Of a DNA stretch of 64,000 nucleotides, positions 9,967 through 20,070 are shown one piece after another. Under the pieces are notes generated by a model. It was not told the origin of the DNA, ran no database searches, and worked only from the letters and a program-made list of their open reading frames with translations. This DNA comes from Gammaproteobacteria bacterium Ga0074134 (GTDB taxonomy: Bacteria; Pseudomonadota; Gammaproteobacteria; Ga0077554; Ga007554), in contig LNEJ01000027.1 of NCBI GenBank assembly GCA_001464965.1, positions 17,003-81,002 on the forward strand. Reading direction: 5' to 3'. Position numbers and translations under genes: made by a program. Position 1 is the first letter of the stretch. Each line of letters begins with the position of its first letter.

Positions 9967-12342
9967 ATGTCATCCCAATCCTCTCAAAAAGATTCACCTT
10001 CCCCTCTTGGTCGTAACTGGTTTGCTCGCGGCTGGGGCAGCCCTGCTGTCAGGTATGTGCTGCTCATGGTGCTGCTGGCGGTGGTGGCTTATATCGCCTA
10101 TCTTGATCATACCGTGCGCAGCCAGTTCGAGGGTAACCGCTGGGCGCTGCCGGCGCAGGTTTATGCGCGCCCGCTCGAGCTTGTCCCTGATGCCCGCCTG
10201 AGTAGCGCGCAATTCGCGGAAGAGTTGCACATGCTGGGATATCGCCAGACCAAGGGCGAAAGGCTCACGGGCAGCTATGTGCGTAATGGGGACGAATTCC
10301 GGGTGGTGACGCGCCCCTTTACCTTTGGCGACGGCAGGGAAAATTCAGTTGCCTTGCGGGCGGTATTTTCCGCTGACCACCTGGTGAGTTTGCAGCACCT
10401 GGACAGTGGCAAGCCTCTGCCGCTGGTGCGTTTCGATCCTGTGCTGATCGGCAAAATCTACCCGGCGCACAATGAGGATCGGGTTTTTGTGCGCCTTAAA
10501 GAGGTGCCAGCTCCCCTCGTCAAGGGTTTGCTTGCCGTGGAAGACCGTAATTTCCGTGAACATCACGGCATAGACCCCATCGCCGTGGTGCGCGCCCTAT
10601 GGGCCGATGTGCGGGCGCGGGAGATGGTGCAGGGCGGCAGCACCTTGACCCAGCAGCTGGTGAAGAACTTTTTCCTCAGTAATGAACGCACCATGACGCG
10701 CAAGCTCAAGGAGGCCATCATGTCATGGCAGCTTGAGTGGCATTATGAGAAAGACGAGATATTTGAAGCCTATTGCAATGAAATCTACTTGGGGCAGTCC
10801 GGCAAGCACGCCATACACGGTTTTGGGCGCGCTAGCTGGTTCTATTTCCGCCGCCCGCTGAGCGATCTGCAGCTGCCCGAGTTGGCCCTGCTGGTGGGAT
10901 TGGTGCGCGGGCCGTCCTATTATGATCCGCGCCGTCATCCCGGACGTGCTCTTGCCCGCCGTAACCAGGTGCTGCAAATAATGGCGGAGCAGGGCGGCAT
11001 TACCGAAGCACAGGCACGCACCGCACAGGCCGCGCCGCTGGGTGTGACGGCCAAAGCGGCAAGCAGCGCAGCGCTTTCTCCCGCCTTCATAGATCTGGTG
11101 CGCCGCCAGTTGCGGCGCGATTATCAGGAACAAGACCTGAATTCGGCCGGTTTGCAAATCCTTACCACGCTCGACCCGCTGGTGCAAAACGCTGTGGCAG
11201 GCGCGATTAAAGGCCGTGTTGAAAGCCTGGAAAAACAGCAGCGCTTGCCTGCGGGCAGCCTGGAAGGGGCTGCGATTGTCACCAGCAGCGACGGTGGCGA
11301 AGTGCTGGCGGTGGCGGGTGGACGTGATGCCGACTCCACCGGTTTTAACCGTGTGCTGGATGCCAGGCGTCCCATCGGATCGTTGGTAAAGCCGGCCGTG
11401 TACCTCACTGCGCTGGCTAATCCCAAGAAATACACGTTGATCAGTCTGCTCGACGATGGTCCGCTGACACTCAAGAATCCCGGTGGGCAGCCCTGGAGGC
11501 CCTACAACTACGACCGGCAGTTTCATGGCTGGGTGCCTCTCAAAACCGCGCTGGCGCGCTCCTATAACCTCGCCACCGTGCGGCTGGGCATGGGCGTTGG
11601 CGTAAAGAATGTGCTGCATACGATGGAAAGCCTCGGAGTCAAGGAAAAGCTCAAGCCTTACCCTTCGGTGCTGCTTGGGGCCGCCGAACTGACGCCTTTC
11701 GAAGTCACTCAGATGTACCAGACGCTAGCCAGCGGCGGCTTCAACACCCCGTTGCGCGCCATTCGCGAGGTATTGAGCGTCGAGGGCAAACCGTTGCGGA
11801 GCTATGACATGACTGTCAAGCAGGCCTTTGATCCCGCCCCGGTCTATTTGCTCAATCGCGCGCTGCAGGATGTCATGCATAGCGGCACTGGGGTATCCCT
11901 GTACTCACGCGTGCCATGGTCATGGTCAGTGGCGGGAAAAACAGGTACTACCGATGATTTACGCGATAGCTGGTTTGCGGGATTCACCGGAGACCGGCTG
12001 GCGGTGGTGTGGATGGGCCGCGATGATAATCGCCCGACGGGGCTGAGCGGCGCGACCGGCGCATTACAGGCTTGGGGTGATGTTATGATGCGCATTGGCG
12101 CACAACCGTTGCGCCTGGAAGCGCCAAAAGGTATTGAGTGGGTCTGGATTGATCAACAGACACGCTTGCGCAGCATGGAGGGATGCGCGGGAGCCGCGCA
12201 GATGCCGTTTATGCGCGGCTCGGCCCCTGTGGAGATGGCGCCTTGCCTTGAGGGACCCGCCACTCCTGCCGATGCTGTTAGCGATACACTGAACAATGCA
12301 GTAGACAAAGCCGTTAACTGGCTCGACGAGGTATTGCGATGA
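9967..12342 (+). CDS. mrcB: penicillin-binding protein 1B (bifunctional glycosyltransferase/transpeptidase)
   Basis: 791 aa with an N-terminal TM helix, a UB2H-like segment, GT51 motifs (EDRNFREHHGID, GGSTLTQQL), and the transpeptidase SxxK/KTG motif (KTGTTDD). Confidence 0.9.
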   Translation: MSSQSSQKDSPSPLGRNWFARGWGSPAVRYVLLMVLLAVVAYIAYLDHTVRSQFEGNRWALPAQVYARPLELVPDARLSSAQFAEELHMLGYRQTKGERLTGSYVRNGDEFRVVTRPFTFGDGRENSVALRAVFSADHLVSLQHLDSGKPLPLVRFDPVLIGKIYPAHNEDRVFVRLKEVPAPLVKGLLAVEDRNFREHHGIDPIAVVRALWADVRAREMVQGGSTLTQQLVKNFFLSNERTMTRKLKEAIMSWQLEWHYEKDEIFEAYCNEIYLGQSGKHAIHGFGRASWFYFRRPLSDLQLPELALLVGLVRGPSYYDPRRHPGRALARRNQVLQIMAEQGGITEAQARTAQAAPLGVTAKAASSAALSPAFIDLVRRQLRRDYQEQDLNSAGLQILTTLDPLVQNAVAGAIKGRVESLEKQQRLPAGSLEGAAIVTSSDGGEVLAVAGGRDADSTGFNRVLDARRPIGSLVKPAVYLTALANPKKYTLISLLDDGPLTLKNPGGQPWRPYNYDRQFHGWVPLKTALARSYNLATVRLGMGVGVKNVLHTMESLGVKEKLKPYPSVLLGAAELTPFEVTQMYQTLASGGFNTPLRAIREVLSVEGKPLRSYDMTVKQAFDPAPVYLLNRALQDVMHSGTGVSLYSRVPWSWSVAGKTGTTDDLRDSWFAGFTGDRLAVVWMGRDDNRPTGLSGATGALQAWGDVMMRIGAQPLRLEAPKGIEWVWIDQQTRLRSMEGCAGAAQMPFMRGSAPVEMAPCLEGPATPADAVSDTLNNAVDKAVNWLDEVLR

Positions 12343-12845
12343 ATATGAATAATCAGATCAAGTCTGTCATTGCTGGGGTGACTACCGCGCTGTTGCTGGC
12401 TGGTTGTGCCTCGCACATGGGCAAGGATAAGCCCGCCGCCGCTCCCAAAGAATCGTCCCCCGTTGCCAGGGAGCAGAAAGTCACCCCCACGCCTAAAGAA
12501 GAAAACGCTAGCCCACCTCCTGCCGCGTCGCCCTCTCCGGCACCACCGGCGGCTGTGCCGGGACCCTCTCAAGCGACCAGTCCGGCTGTCGCCGATATGC
12601 TCAAGAAGGCGGAGCGGCTAGTAAAAACAAATAAATTGGGCGGGGCCGTCGCCATGCTGGAAAGGGCGCTACGCCTGGAACCCAAAAACCCTGTGATCTG
12701 GCATCGTCTGGCATTAATCCGCCAGCAGCAGGGACGCTTGGCGCAAGCCGCAGACCTGGCCGCCAAGTCCAATGCCTTGCTGGCGGAAAACGACCCTCTG
12801 CGCACCCAAAACGATAGCCTTATCGCCAAGGCGGGCAAGAAATAG
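12339..12845 (+). CDS. TPR-containing outer-membrane lipoprotein, LpoP-like candidate PBP1B activator
   Basis: Its ATG overlaps the mrcB stop (ATGA). Lipobox LLLAGCAS. A Pro/Ala-rich linker is followed by a C-terminal TPR-like segment ALRLEPKNPVIWHRLALIRQQQGRLAQA. Confidence 0.5.
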   Translation: MNMNNQIKSVIAGVTTALLLAGCASHMGKDKPAAAPKESSPVAREQKVTPTPKEENASPPPAASPSPAPPAAVPGPSQATSPAVADMLKKAERLVKTNKLGGAVAMLERALRLEPKNPVIWHRLALIRQQQGRLAQAADLAAKSNALLAENDPLRTQNDSLIAKAGKK

Positions 12846-13046
12846 TCTCACAGATCAGGCGCGCGTAGTGCGTCCTGATCTGCCGCTGTAATCCTTCCCC
12901 TCCCCGCAGTGGCTTTTTGATTTCTTATTGATTTCTCAGTGCCACGCCAACAGGTTATAATGTTCCGCTTTGTACCCGTGAATCCCCGTAAAAGGGAACA
13001 ATGGGGCACAATGCCTTGTTTTCATAATAACCGAAAGAAATCATCC

Positions 13047-15842
13047 ATGAGTGACAAAGAACTGCGGGAGCGCGTCAGGCTTTTTGGCAATCTGTTGGGC
13101 AATATTCTTAATGCCCAGGCCGGAGAGCGGGTGTTTGTCGCTGTAGAAACCTTGCGCAAAGGTTATCTTACCCTGCATGGCAAGGAAAATGTCCGGAAAA
13201 GACAACAGCTTGCCGAATTTATCAGCGAGTTGGATCCGGAGACGCTGACGCACGTGGTGCGCGCCTTCAGCACCTATTTCAGCCTGGTGAATATCGCCGA
13301 AGAGGCGTATCAGCATCGTCAGCGCCGTCTTCAGGTGCGCGCGGGCGGGCCGTTGTGGACAGGGTCGTTTGATGCGACGCTGCGCGAGTTTCACGACCAG
13401 GACATCACGGCGCAGCAGTTGCAGACGGTGCTCGAACGGTTGTCCTATATCCCCGTGATTACCGCGCATCCCACTGAATCGAAGCGCCGCACCATCATGG
13501 AGGCATTGCGGCGCATCTTCGTCACCAGCGAGCGTCTGGATGACCCGCGCGTGGGTCCCAATGAACGCGACGAAATCATTGAGTTGCTGGAGGGCCAGAT
13601 CCAGATCCTGTGGAAGACCGATGAGGTGCGCATCCATCGGCCTACGGTGCCTGACGAAATCAAAAACGGTATTTATTATTTTCAGGAGTGCCTGTTCCAG
13701 GCGGTACCGGTTACTTATCGTTACCTGGAAAAGGCCATCAAGAAGACTTATGGCGCCGATCCGTCCAATGGCAGGGCGATTGCCGCGCCGAGCTTGCTGC
13801 GCTTTGGGTCGTGGATCGGCGGTGACCGGGACGGTAATCCCAACGTCACCCCGGAGACCACGGTGCTTGCGCTGCGCCTTCAGGCGCGCGCCATACTGCT
13901 GGAATATATCAGCCGGGTGACACAGCTTAGCTATGTTCTGACGCACTCCGTGCTGTTGTGTAAGCCGTCCCTGGCGTTTCTGGCCAGCCTGAAGCGGGAT
14001 GATCACTTCCTGGACAAGGCCTTGCGCGACGCGCCCGCCCGGTTCGCCAATGAGCCATACCGGCGCAAGCTGTACGTGATGCGTTATCGCTTGGAGGCCA
14101 ACCTCTTGCTGGTCAAAAAGCGTATCGAAAATAAAGAGGTGGATGACCCGGGGATGGGTTACGGCTCCGAGGAGGAATTGCTCACTGATCTTTATTTGAT
14201 GCACGATTCTTTGATAAGCCACGGTGATGCCAGTGTCGCCGAAGGCGATTTGAAGGACCTGATACGTTTGGTCGAGACCTTCGGCTTTTTCCTGATGCAT
14301 CTGGATGTGCGTCAGGAATCATCACGCCATACCGCGGCCGTGGCGGAGTTGCTGGCTCAGCAGCCGGAAGCTGTTAATTATTTTGGGTTGTCCGAAGTGG
14401 AGCGCATGGCGCTGCTCTCCGCGGTTATTGCTGAAGACCGCCCGCTGATGGCCGATGCGAAGGTGTTGAGCCCCGCCACACTTGAAACCCTGGAGGTGTT
14501 CGCGGTAATGGCGCGGATGCGCCGCGAAATCAGCCCTAAGGCCTTCGGCAGTTACGTCATTTCAATGACGCACGCCGCCAGTCACATTATGGAGGTGATG
14601 CTGCTGGCGCGCCAGGCGGGGCTGGCCGGTTGCAAGGACGAAGGGTGGTTTTGCAATATACATATCGCGCCGCTGTTTGAAACCATCAACGATCTGGCGC
14701 ATATCGAACAGGTGTTGACGGCGCTTTTCGATAACCCCACCTACGCCGCACTGCTCAAGGTATCGGGCAACAAGCAAGAGGTGATGCTGGGATACTCCGA
14801 TTCCTGCAAGGACGGCGGCATCTTAACCTCTTCGTGGTACCTCTACGAGGCGCAGAAAAAAATCACCGCCATTACTACATCGCGCGATATCGAGTGCCGC
14901 CTCTTCCACGGGCGCGGTGGTACAGTTGGGCGTGGCGGCGGCCCTACGCACGAGTCCATCCTTTCCCAGCCCGCGGGCACGGTGTTTGGACAGATCAAAT
15001 TCACCGAACAGGGGGAGATGATCTCGTACAAGTACAGCAACACGGAAACGGCGGTCTATGAGCTTTCCATGGGTATCACTGGTCTGCTCAAGGCGAGCCG
15101 CGGCTTGATCCAGGCGCCTGCCGCAGAACAGCGTGAGCATCTTGATACCATGGCCCAGCTGTCGCAGGCCGGAGAGGCGGCCTACCGCAACTTGACGGAT
15201 CAAACCGCCGGTTTTCTCGATTATTTCTATGAGGCTACACCCGTCAGCGAGATCGGCTTGCTCAACATCGGTTCTCGTCCGTCACACCGTAACAAGGCGG
15301 ACCGCTCGAAGAATTCGGTGCGTGCGATTGCCTGGGTATTTGGCTGGGGCCAGTCGCGCCACACATTGCCCGCCTGGTATGGCATCGGCACTGCACTGGC
15401 GAGCTGGCGGAAAAATACGCCGGAGCGCTTTTCCCAGCTCCAGGCCATGTACAAGGAATGGCCGTTTTTCCGCGCCATGCTGAGCAATACCCAGATGGCG
15501 TTGTTCAAGGCGGACATGTCGATCGCACAGGAATATGCGGAACTGTGCAATGATGCAGATGCGCGGCAGTGTGTCTATAACCTGATTCTTGATGAGTATG
15601 AACGGACGGTGAGCCAGATTCTGGATGTGGCCGGGATAGAATCGCTGGTCGAGGAAAATCCGCTGCTGGCACTCTCCATGCGCCGCCGCAATCCTTACCT
15701 GGATCCCCTGAATCATATTCAGGTAACCCTCCTCAAACGCTACCGCGACACCTCCCTAAGCGATGCGGAACGCGCCGCCTGGCTGGACCCGCTATTGCGA
15801 TCCATCAACGCGATTGCTGCAGGGATGAGGAATACCGGGTAA
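13047..15842 (+). CDS. ppc: phosphoenolpyruvate carboxylase
   Basis: Carries the VITAHPTESKRRT and GRGGTVGRGGGP catalytic motifs. The start is placed at MSDKELRE inside the longer ORF. Confidence 0.9.
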   Translation: MSDKELRERVRLFGNLLGNILNAQAGERVFVAVETLRKGYLTLHGKENVRKRQQLAEFISELDPETLTHVVRAFSTYFSLVNIAEEAYQHRQRRLQVRAGGPLWTGSFDATLREFHDQDITAQQLQTVLERLSYIPVITAHPTESKRRTIMEALRRIFVTSERLDDPRVGPNERDEIIELLEGQIQILWKTDEVRIHRPTVPDEIKNGIYYFQECLFQAVPVTYRYLEKAIKKTYGADPSNGRAIAAPSLLRFGSWIGGDRDGNPNVTPETTVLALRLQARAILLEYISRVTQLSYVLTHSVLLCKPSLAFLASLKRDDHFLDKALRDAPARFANEPYRRKLYVMRYRLEANLLLVKKRIENKEVDDPGMGYGSEEELLTDLYLMHDSLISHGDASVAEGDLKDLIRLVETFGFFLMHLDVRQESSRHTAAVAELLAQQPEAVNYFGLSEVERMALLSAVIAEDRPLMADAKVLSPATLETLEVFAVMARMRREISPKAFGSYVISMTHAASHIMEVMLLARQAGLAGCKDEGWFCNIHIAPLFETINDLAHIEQVLTALFDNPTYAALLKVSGNKQEVMLGYSDSCKDGGILTSSWYLYEAQKKITAITTSRDIECRLFHGRGGTVGRGGGPTHESILSQPAGTVFGQIKFTEQGEMISYKYSNTETAVYELSMGITGLLKASRGLIQAPAAEQREHLDTMAQLSQAGEAAYRNLTDQTAGFLDYFYEATPVSEIGLLNIGSRPSHRNKADRSKNSVRAIAWVFGWGQSRHTLPAWYGIGTALASWRKNTPERFSQLQAMYKEWPFFRAMLSNTQMALFKADMSIAQEYAELCNDADARQCVYNLILDEYERTVSQILDVAGIESLVEENPLLALSMRRRNPYLDPLNHIQVTLLKRYRDTSLSDAERAAWLDPLLRSINAIAAGMRNTG

Positions 15843-15888
15843 GAGCTTGCCCTGAAGAGGATGCGTGTAAAGAACAGAAACGCAAAAA

Positions 15889-16248
15889 TCAATGGACGGT
15901 AAAGCGATGATCAGGGATAGGATGGGTAACCGCGCATATGTAGAAGACGTGAGTCGCATAATGGTGGGGTGTCCCATCCCATAGATAGGCATTTAAGATA
16001 ATAGAAAGGAGTTCTTTGGAATATTTGTTTCCCATGACGGAAGAGGCAGGATGGAATAATGTAATCTCCATGGCATGTTCGACAGGAACATTGAGCCGTG
16101 CATTGATCACGGAATCAAACCCAATCATGGCTTCGGCAAAGCAGTGCTCCTCTATCGTCTGAACCATGGGCACTTCGTCAGCACGTGATGGAGTGGCAAC
16201 ATACAGCAGCAATGCGGCCAAACCAAGTATAGCGATTCGCGATTTCAT
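15889..16248 (-). CDS. hypothetical exported protein (signal peptide, about 96 aa mature)
   Basis: MKSRIAILGLAALLLYVATPSRA is a Sec signal. No family was recognised. The gene is visibly AT-richer than the flanking ppc and lpxH. Confidence 0.4.
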   Translation of the reverse strand: MKSRIAILGLAALLLYVATPSRADEVPMVQTIEEHCFAEAMIGFDSVINARLNVPVEHAMEITLFHPASSVMGNKYSKELLSIILNAYLWDGTPHHYATHVFYICAVTHPIPDHRFTVH

Positions 16249-16545
16249 GACTCGCTCCTTTCGCGCCGTTGTGCGCGAGGTTCGCGGTTTAGCTATCCCT
16301 CAGTTCTTTTCTCTGAAATGTTGTTGTGTCCGCACGCATTTTCACGATCTTCGAAATCGCTTTTATCTTGTGATTAATAAACCATATTCAGAACATTATT
16401 TCTGTGACAAAGTTACATAAGATTGGCGGCGGATTGCGGTGCTTAATAAGCTTGTCATCAAGCAGTGATTAAGGTGATATAGGGCCGAAGTATGCTCTGG
16501 GGTGGCTTGCTTCCTGGCAGGGCGGTAGAGAATGGTTCTAAATTA

Positions 16546-16640
16546 AAGGAACCCATGATTAATCATGGGTTCCGCGACACAAGGAGGTACTCTGAGAATT
16601 CCAGGGTGAAATTACTCAGAGCTTCCTTAATAGGCTGTCA
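16546..16640. repeat. family 1 repeat, shortened copy B
   Basis: A perfect palindrome ggaacccatgattaatcatgggttcc is followed by ctctgagaattccagggtgaaattactcagagcttccttaat, which is shared with copy C. Confidence 0.45.
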
Positions 16641-17343
16641 AGTGGCAGCCCGTCTCGTTGCAAATCAGCACACTTCCTTGATGATACCAGTCGCCAAGCA
16701 CGATGCGGCGCGCGGTTTTGCCGTCTATTGTAACTTCATGCGTGGCGGGGCGGTGGGTATGGCCGTGGATCAAGCGGTTCACCCTGTGTTCGCGCATGGT
16801 GTTTTCCACGGCCTGCGGATTTACATCCATAATTTCCTGTGGCTTCTGGCTGGATTTCTCGCGGCTCTGGGTACGATAATCCATGGCGATGGCGGCACGC
16901 TGTTCCGGCGGTAATGAGAGGAATTGCTGTTGCCGCGCTGGATCGCGCACTTGGGCGCGGAAGCGCTGGTATTCGATGTCATCGGTGCACAGCGTATCAC
17001 CGTGCATGAGCAGGGTTGGTACGCCGTGCAGATCAATGATGATGGGGTCGGGAATGATGCGGCAGCCGCTGGCCTCTTCAAAACCCTTTGCCATCAAGAA
17101 GTCCCGGTTGCCGTGCATCACATAGACAGGGGTGCCGCTGTCTGCCAGGTGCCGCAGACCTTCGATGACTGTGCGATGCTCCGGCACGGAGGCGTCATCG
17201 CCTATCCACACTTCGAATAAATCGCCGAGGATATACAGCGCATCAGCCTCGGCAGCCTGATTGCGCAGGAATTCTAAAAAAAGATGGGTAATCCCGGGCC
17301 GCTCCGCGCTCAGATGCAGGTCGGAAATGAATAGCGTGCTCAT
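16627..17343 (-). CDS. lpxH: UDP-2,3-diacylglucosamine diphosphatase
   Basis: MSTLFISDLHLS...ALYILGDLFEVWIGDD...GNRDFL...GHTHRP are calcineurin-like LpxH motifs. Confidence 0.85.
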   Translation of the reverse strand: MSTLFISDLHLSAERPGITHLFLEFLRNQAAEADALYILGDLFEVWIGDDASVPEHRTVIEGLRHLADSGTPVYVMHGNRDFLMAKGFEEASGCRIIPDPIIIDLHGVPTLLMHGDTLCTDDIEYQRFRAQVRDPARQQQFLSLPPEQRAAIAMDYRTQSREKSSQKPQEIMDVNPQAVENTMREHRVNRLIHGHTHRPATHEVTIDGKTARRIVLGDWYHQGSVLICNETGCHLTAY

Positions 17344-17384
17344 GAAATTGAAGGGGCCTTTTCAGCTACGCAGATAAAGGGATC

Positions 17385-17414
17385 GCAGGGGCGGGGTTTT
17401 AGGCCCGCCCCTGC
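17385..17414. terminator. GC-rich perfect hairpin between ppiA and lpxH (possible terminator or attenuator)
   Basis: gcaggggcgggg tttt aggcccgcccctgc. Confidence 0.3.
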
Positions 17415-17449
17415 GCAGTCTGACCAGCAACGGCAGTTCCGGCAGGTGA

Positions 17450-18055
17450 TTATTTTGCTTTAACCGTAGCGCCAGCCAGCGAGACCTTTTTGATCACTAC
17501 GGCAACTTTGGGGACATCGGTAGGGAAGGGGCCGCCCGAGCCGGTGGAAACGGCGCGGATCTTGTCTACCACATCCATGCCCTCGACCACTTTGCCGAAT
17601 ACCGCGTAACCCCAGCCGCGCGGGTTGGGCGCGCTGTGGTTCAGGAAGTCATTGTCGACGGTGTTGATGAAAAACTGTGCAGTGGCTGAGTGGGGATCGC
17701 CAGTGCGCGCCATGGCAATGGTGCCACGCATGTTCTGGAGGCCATTGTCGGCTTCATTGTTGATAGGTGCGCGGGTTGGTTTTTGTGTGTAGTCCGAGGT
17801 GAATCCGCCGCCCTGGATCATGAAGTTGCTGATGACGCGGTGAAAGATGGTGCCGTCGTAAAAGCCATCCTGCACATATTTGATGAAGTTCTCTACCGAT
17901 TTTGGCGCCTTTGTACGGTCCAGTTCCAGCACGATGTTGCCCAGGCTGGTTTCCATGAGTACACGCGGATGGGCATCGGCAACCGGAGCGGCGGGAGTTT
18001 GCGCGCTAACCACCATAAGGGTGCCAAGGGTCAGGGATTTCAGCAGGTATTTCAT
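17450..18055 (-). CDS. ppiA: periplasmic peptidyl-prolyl cis-trans isomerase (cyclophilin type)
   Basis: Signal peptide plus the cyclophilin core [15 protein letters not shown]...[21 protein letters not shown]. Confidence 0.85.
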   Translation of the reverse strand: MKYLLKSLTLGTLMVVSAQTPAAPVADAHPRVLMETSLGNIVLELDRTKAPKSVENFIKYVQDGFYDGTIFHRVISNFMIQGGGFTSDYTQKPTRAPINNEADNGLQNMRGTIAMARTGDPHSATAQFFINTVDNDFLNHSAPNPRGWGYAVFGKVVEGMDVVDKIRAVSTGSGGPFPTDVPKVAVVIKKVSLAGATVKAK

Positions 18056-18141
18056 TGTGATATTGCTTCCATTGTTGGTTGTGAACAGTGTGTTGCAAGT
18101 GTAAATGAGGCGCGCGGCAAAACCAAGCCATCAATGCTTAC

Positions 18142-18975
18142 TCAGCGATGGTTTCTATGCCCCTTGTTTTTGATCGTGTCTTCGTAAAGCGGCATAACGA
18201 TCGGCATCAGCGCTTCCATGTCCTGAATCCGCGATTCAGGGGCGGGATGGGTGCTCAGGAACTGGGGCGGACCGGAGCCGTCCGCCGCCAGCATCTTGTT
18301 CCACACGCTGATCCCAGCGCGCGGGTTGAAGCCGGCACGGGCAGCCAGTTCAAGGCCGATACGGTCGGCTTCCCGTTCATCTTTTCGTGAATGAGGCAAG
18401 GTTAACCCGACGGTCGCGGCTTGTTGCAAAACATCGAGCTGTGTGGCATTCATTCCGGTGAGAATGGATAATCCTGCGAATATGGCTTGCTGCCCGAGCG
18501 CCTGGGACATCTGTTCGCGCGAGTGTTCACGCAGCGCATGGGCGATTTCATGCCCCATTACGACGGCAATTTCATCGTCGGTGAGTTTGAGTTTGTTGAT
18601 CAGGCCGCTATAAACCCCAATTTTCCCGCCCGGCATGCAAAAGGCATTGATCTCATCGCTATTGAACAGGCTGATTTCCCATTTCCAGCTTAGCGCATCG
18701 GAACGGAATACGGCAGTTTGAGGTATGATGTTGTTGGCTATTGCAACCAGGCGGTCATACTGTTTTTTATCGCTGTTGAGCGCGCCGCGTGCCGCAGCCT
18801 GTTGTTTTAACTGTGCGTATTGGGCGCTTCCGGCACGCTGCGCATCCTCTTCCGAAACGATCATGAACTGTTTGCGGTCAGCGCCCACCGCACCGGACTG
18901 TGTCGTGCTTTCCGTGGCGCAGCCGGTCATCATGGCGGCGCTCATGCAGGCGATCAGTAATGTCTTCATGCGCAT
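18142..18975 (-). CDS. M48-family zinc metalloprotease lipoprotein
   Basis: HEIAHALREH (HExxH) followed downstream by a glutamate motif. Lipobox LLIACMSAAMMTGCAT. Confidence 0.75.
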   Translation of the reverse strand: MRMKTLLIACMSAAMMTGCATESTTQSGAVGADRKQFMIVSEEDAQRAGSAQYAQLKQQAAARGALNSDKKQYDRLVAIANNIIPQTAVFRSDALSWKWEISLFNSDEINAFCMPGGKIGVYSGLINKLKLTDDEIAVVMGHEIAHALREHSREQMSQALGQQAIFAGLSILTGMNATQLDVLQQAATVGLTLPHSRKDEREADRIGLELAARAGFNPRAGISVWNKMLAADGSGPPQFLSTHPAPESRIQDMEALMPIVMPLYEDTIKNKGHRNHR

Positions 18976-19136
18976 GGTTTGTTTTGTCGTCACTGTATGA
19001 AATTCCTTCATATCTATATACCGCATATGCCATGGTGGTTACGATTATAATGGCAATTATAACTTAGAACCTGTTCTTAATATGCGCTGCCTGCCCAGAC
19101 TCAGCGTTGAATCCACGGCAACATTAAAAGTGACCT

Positions 19137-19694
19137 ATGGCCCTTAAAGCAACTATTTTTAAAGCCGAACTGCAAATCGTCGACATGGATCGTAACTACT
19201 ACCACGATCATATCCTCACCATTGCCCAGCATTCATCGGAAACCGACGAGCGCATGATGGTGCGCTTATTGGCCTTTGTGCGGCACGCTCATGAGGCATT
19301 AGTGTTTGGCAAGGGACTGAGCGCCGATGATGAGCCAGACCTCTGGCAAAAGGATTTAACCGGCGCCATCGAAACCTGGATAGATGTGGGCTTGCCCGAC
19401 GAAAAACGGATTCGCAAAGCCTGTGGTCGCGCCCGGCATGTATTCATTTATAATTATGGCGGCCGTAGTGCTGATATCTGGTGGGATCAAAACAGCGGCA
19501 ATCTTGAACGGCTGAAAAATCTCACAGTGATAAACCTGCCAATGGCTGTAAGTCAATCCCTGGGGAAGCTGGCGCAGCGCAATATGCAGTTGCTATGTAC
19601 CGTGCAGGATGGGCAGATTTGGCTAGCCGACAAGAGCGACACGGTACAGGTAGACGTGGTGATGTTAAAAACCCCGTCGCCCCATTTACGTTGA
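19137..19694 (+). CDS. yaeQ: YaeQ-family protein
   Basis: MALKATIFKAELQIVDMDRNYYHDHILTIAQHSSETDERMMVRLLAF is the YaeQ N-terminal signature. Confidence 0.8.
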   Translation: MALKATIFKAELQIVDMDRNYYHDHILTIAQHSSETDERMMVRLLAFVRHAHEALVFGKGLSADDEPDLWQKDLTGAIETWIDVGLPDEKRIRKACGRARHVFIYNYGGRSADIWWDQNSGNLERLKNLTVINLPMAVSQSLGKLAQRNMQLLCTVQDGQIWLADKSDTVQVDVVMLKTPSPHLR

Positions 19695-19707
19695 TAAACT
19701 GAAAAAG

Positions 19708-19877
19708 CCATGACAAATATTATTGTTGCTGCCTTATACAAATTTGCAAACGCTGTGAAAAGGCCACATCCTTCATGCTGGAGCAGGGATTCGAAGAGGT
19801 CTACCACCTGCAAGGCAGTATTCTAAAATATCTGGAAAAGATCCCCGCTGAAAAAAGCCTGTGGTAAGGCGGATGTT
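19708..19877 (+). pseudogene. internally deleted remnant of trhO (first 13 codons fused to about 115 nt of the 3' end)
   Basis: 19708-19748 matches 21984-22024 and 19749-19877 matches 22530-22655 of the intact trhO. About 500 bp are missing and the frame is broken. Confidence 0.6.
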
Positions 19878-20070
19878 TTTTGAAATTTGCCGGGAAAGCG
19901 CAATGTACCTGGAAAAGGACTCTGTTTTTGAGGCCGCTACGAATATAAACTCTAACAATCGCATGTGCGCGGATGGTAAAAAGCACCGCTCGTTCTTCAC
20001 TCTGCTTTTTGCTGGCGGTGATGCGAAACGTTAGCCAACACGCGACATCTACCACCAAAGGAGATATACC

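Noticed and set aside
10723-11619. 298-aa ORF antisense to mrcB, and similar antisense ORFs in clpA (4241-4924), the catalase gene (20335-20925), fliC (61453-62022) and selO
   Set aside because: All overlap strongly supported genes on the other strand, and none has recognisable domains.
12153-12572. 139-aa Arg/Gly-rich minus-strand ORF across the mrcB/LpoP-like junction
   Set aside because: Antisense to two supported genes. Low-complexity translation.
13041-14300. 419-aa ORF antisense to ppc
   Set aside because: It lies entirely inside the well-supported ppc gene on the opposite strand. The translation is Arg/Leu/Gln-rich with no family features. This is a typical stop-poor antisense frame in high-GC DNA.
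16492-16914. 140-aa plus-strand ORF
   Set aside because: It overlaps lpxH on the opposite strand, and its 5' part is family 1 repeat sequence.
19773-20000. 75-aa minus-strand ORF, near-identical to 22549-22788 (79 aa)
   Set aside because: Both are antisense translations of the duplicated trhO 3' segment. The similarity reflects DNA duplication and not a paralogous gene.
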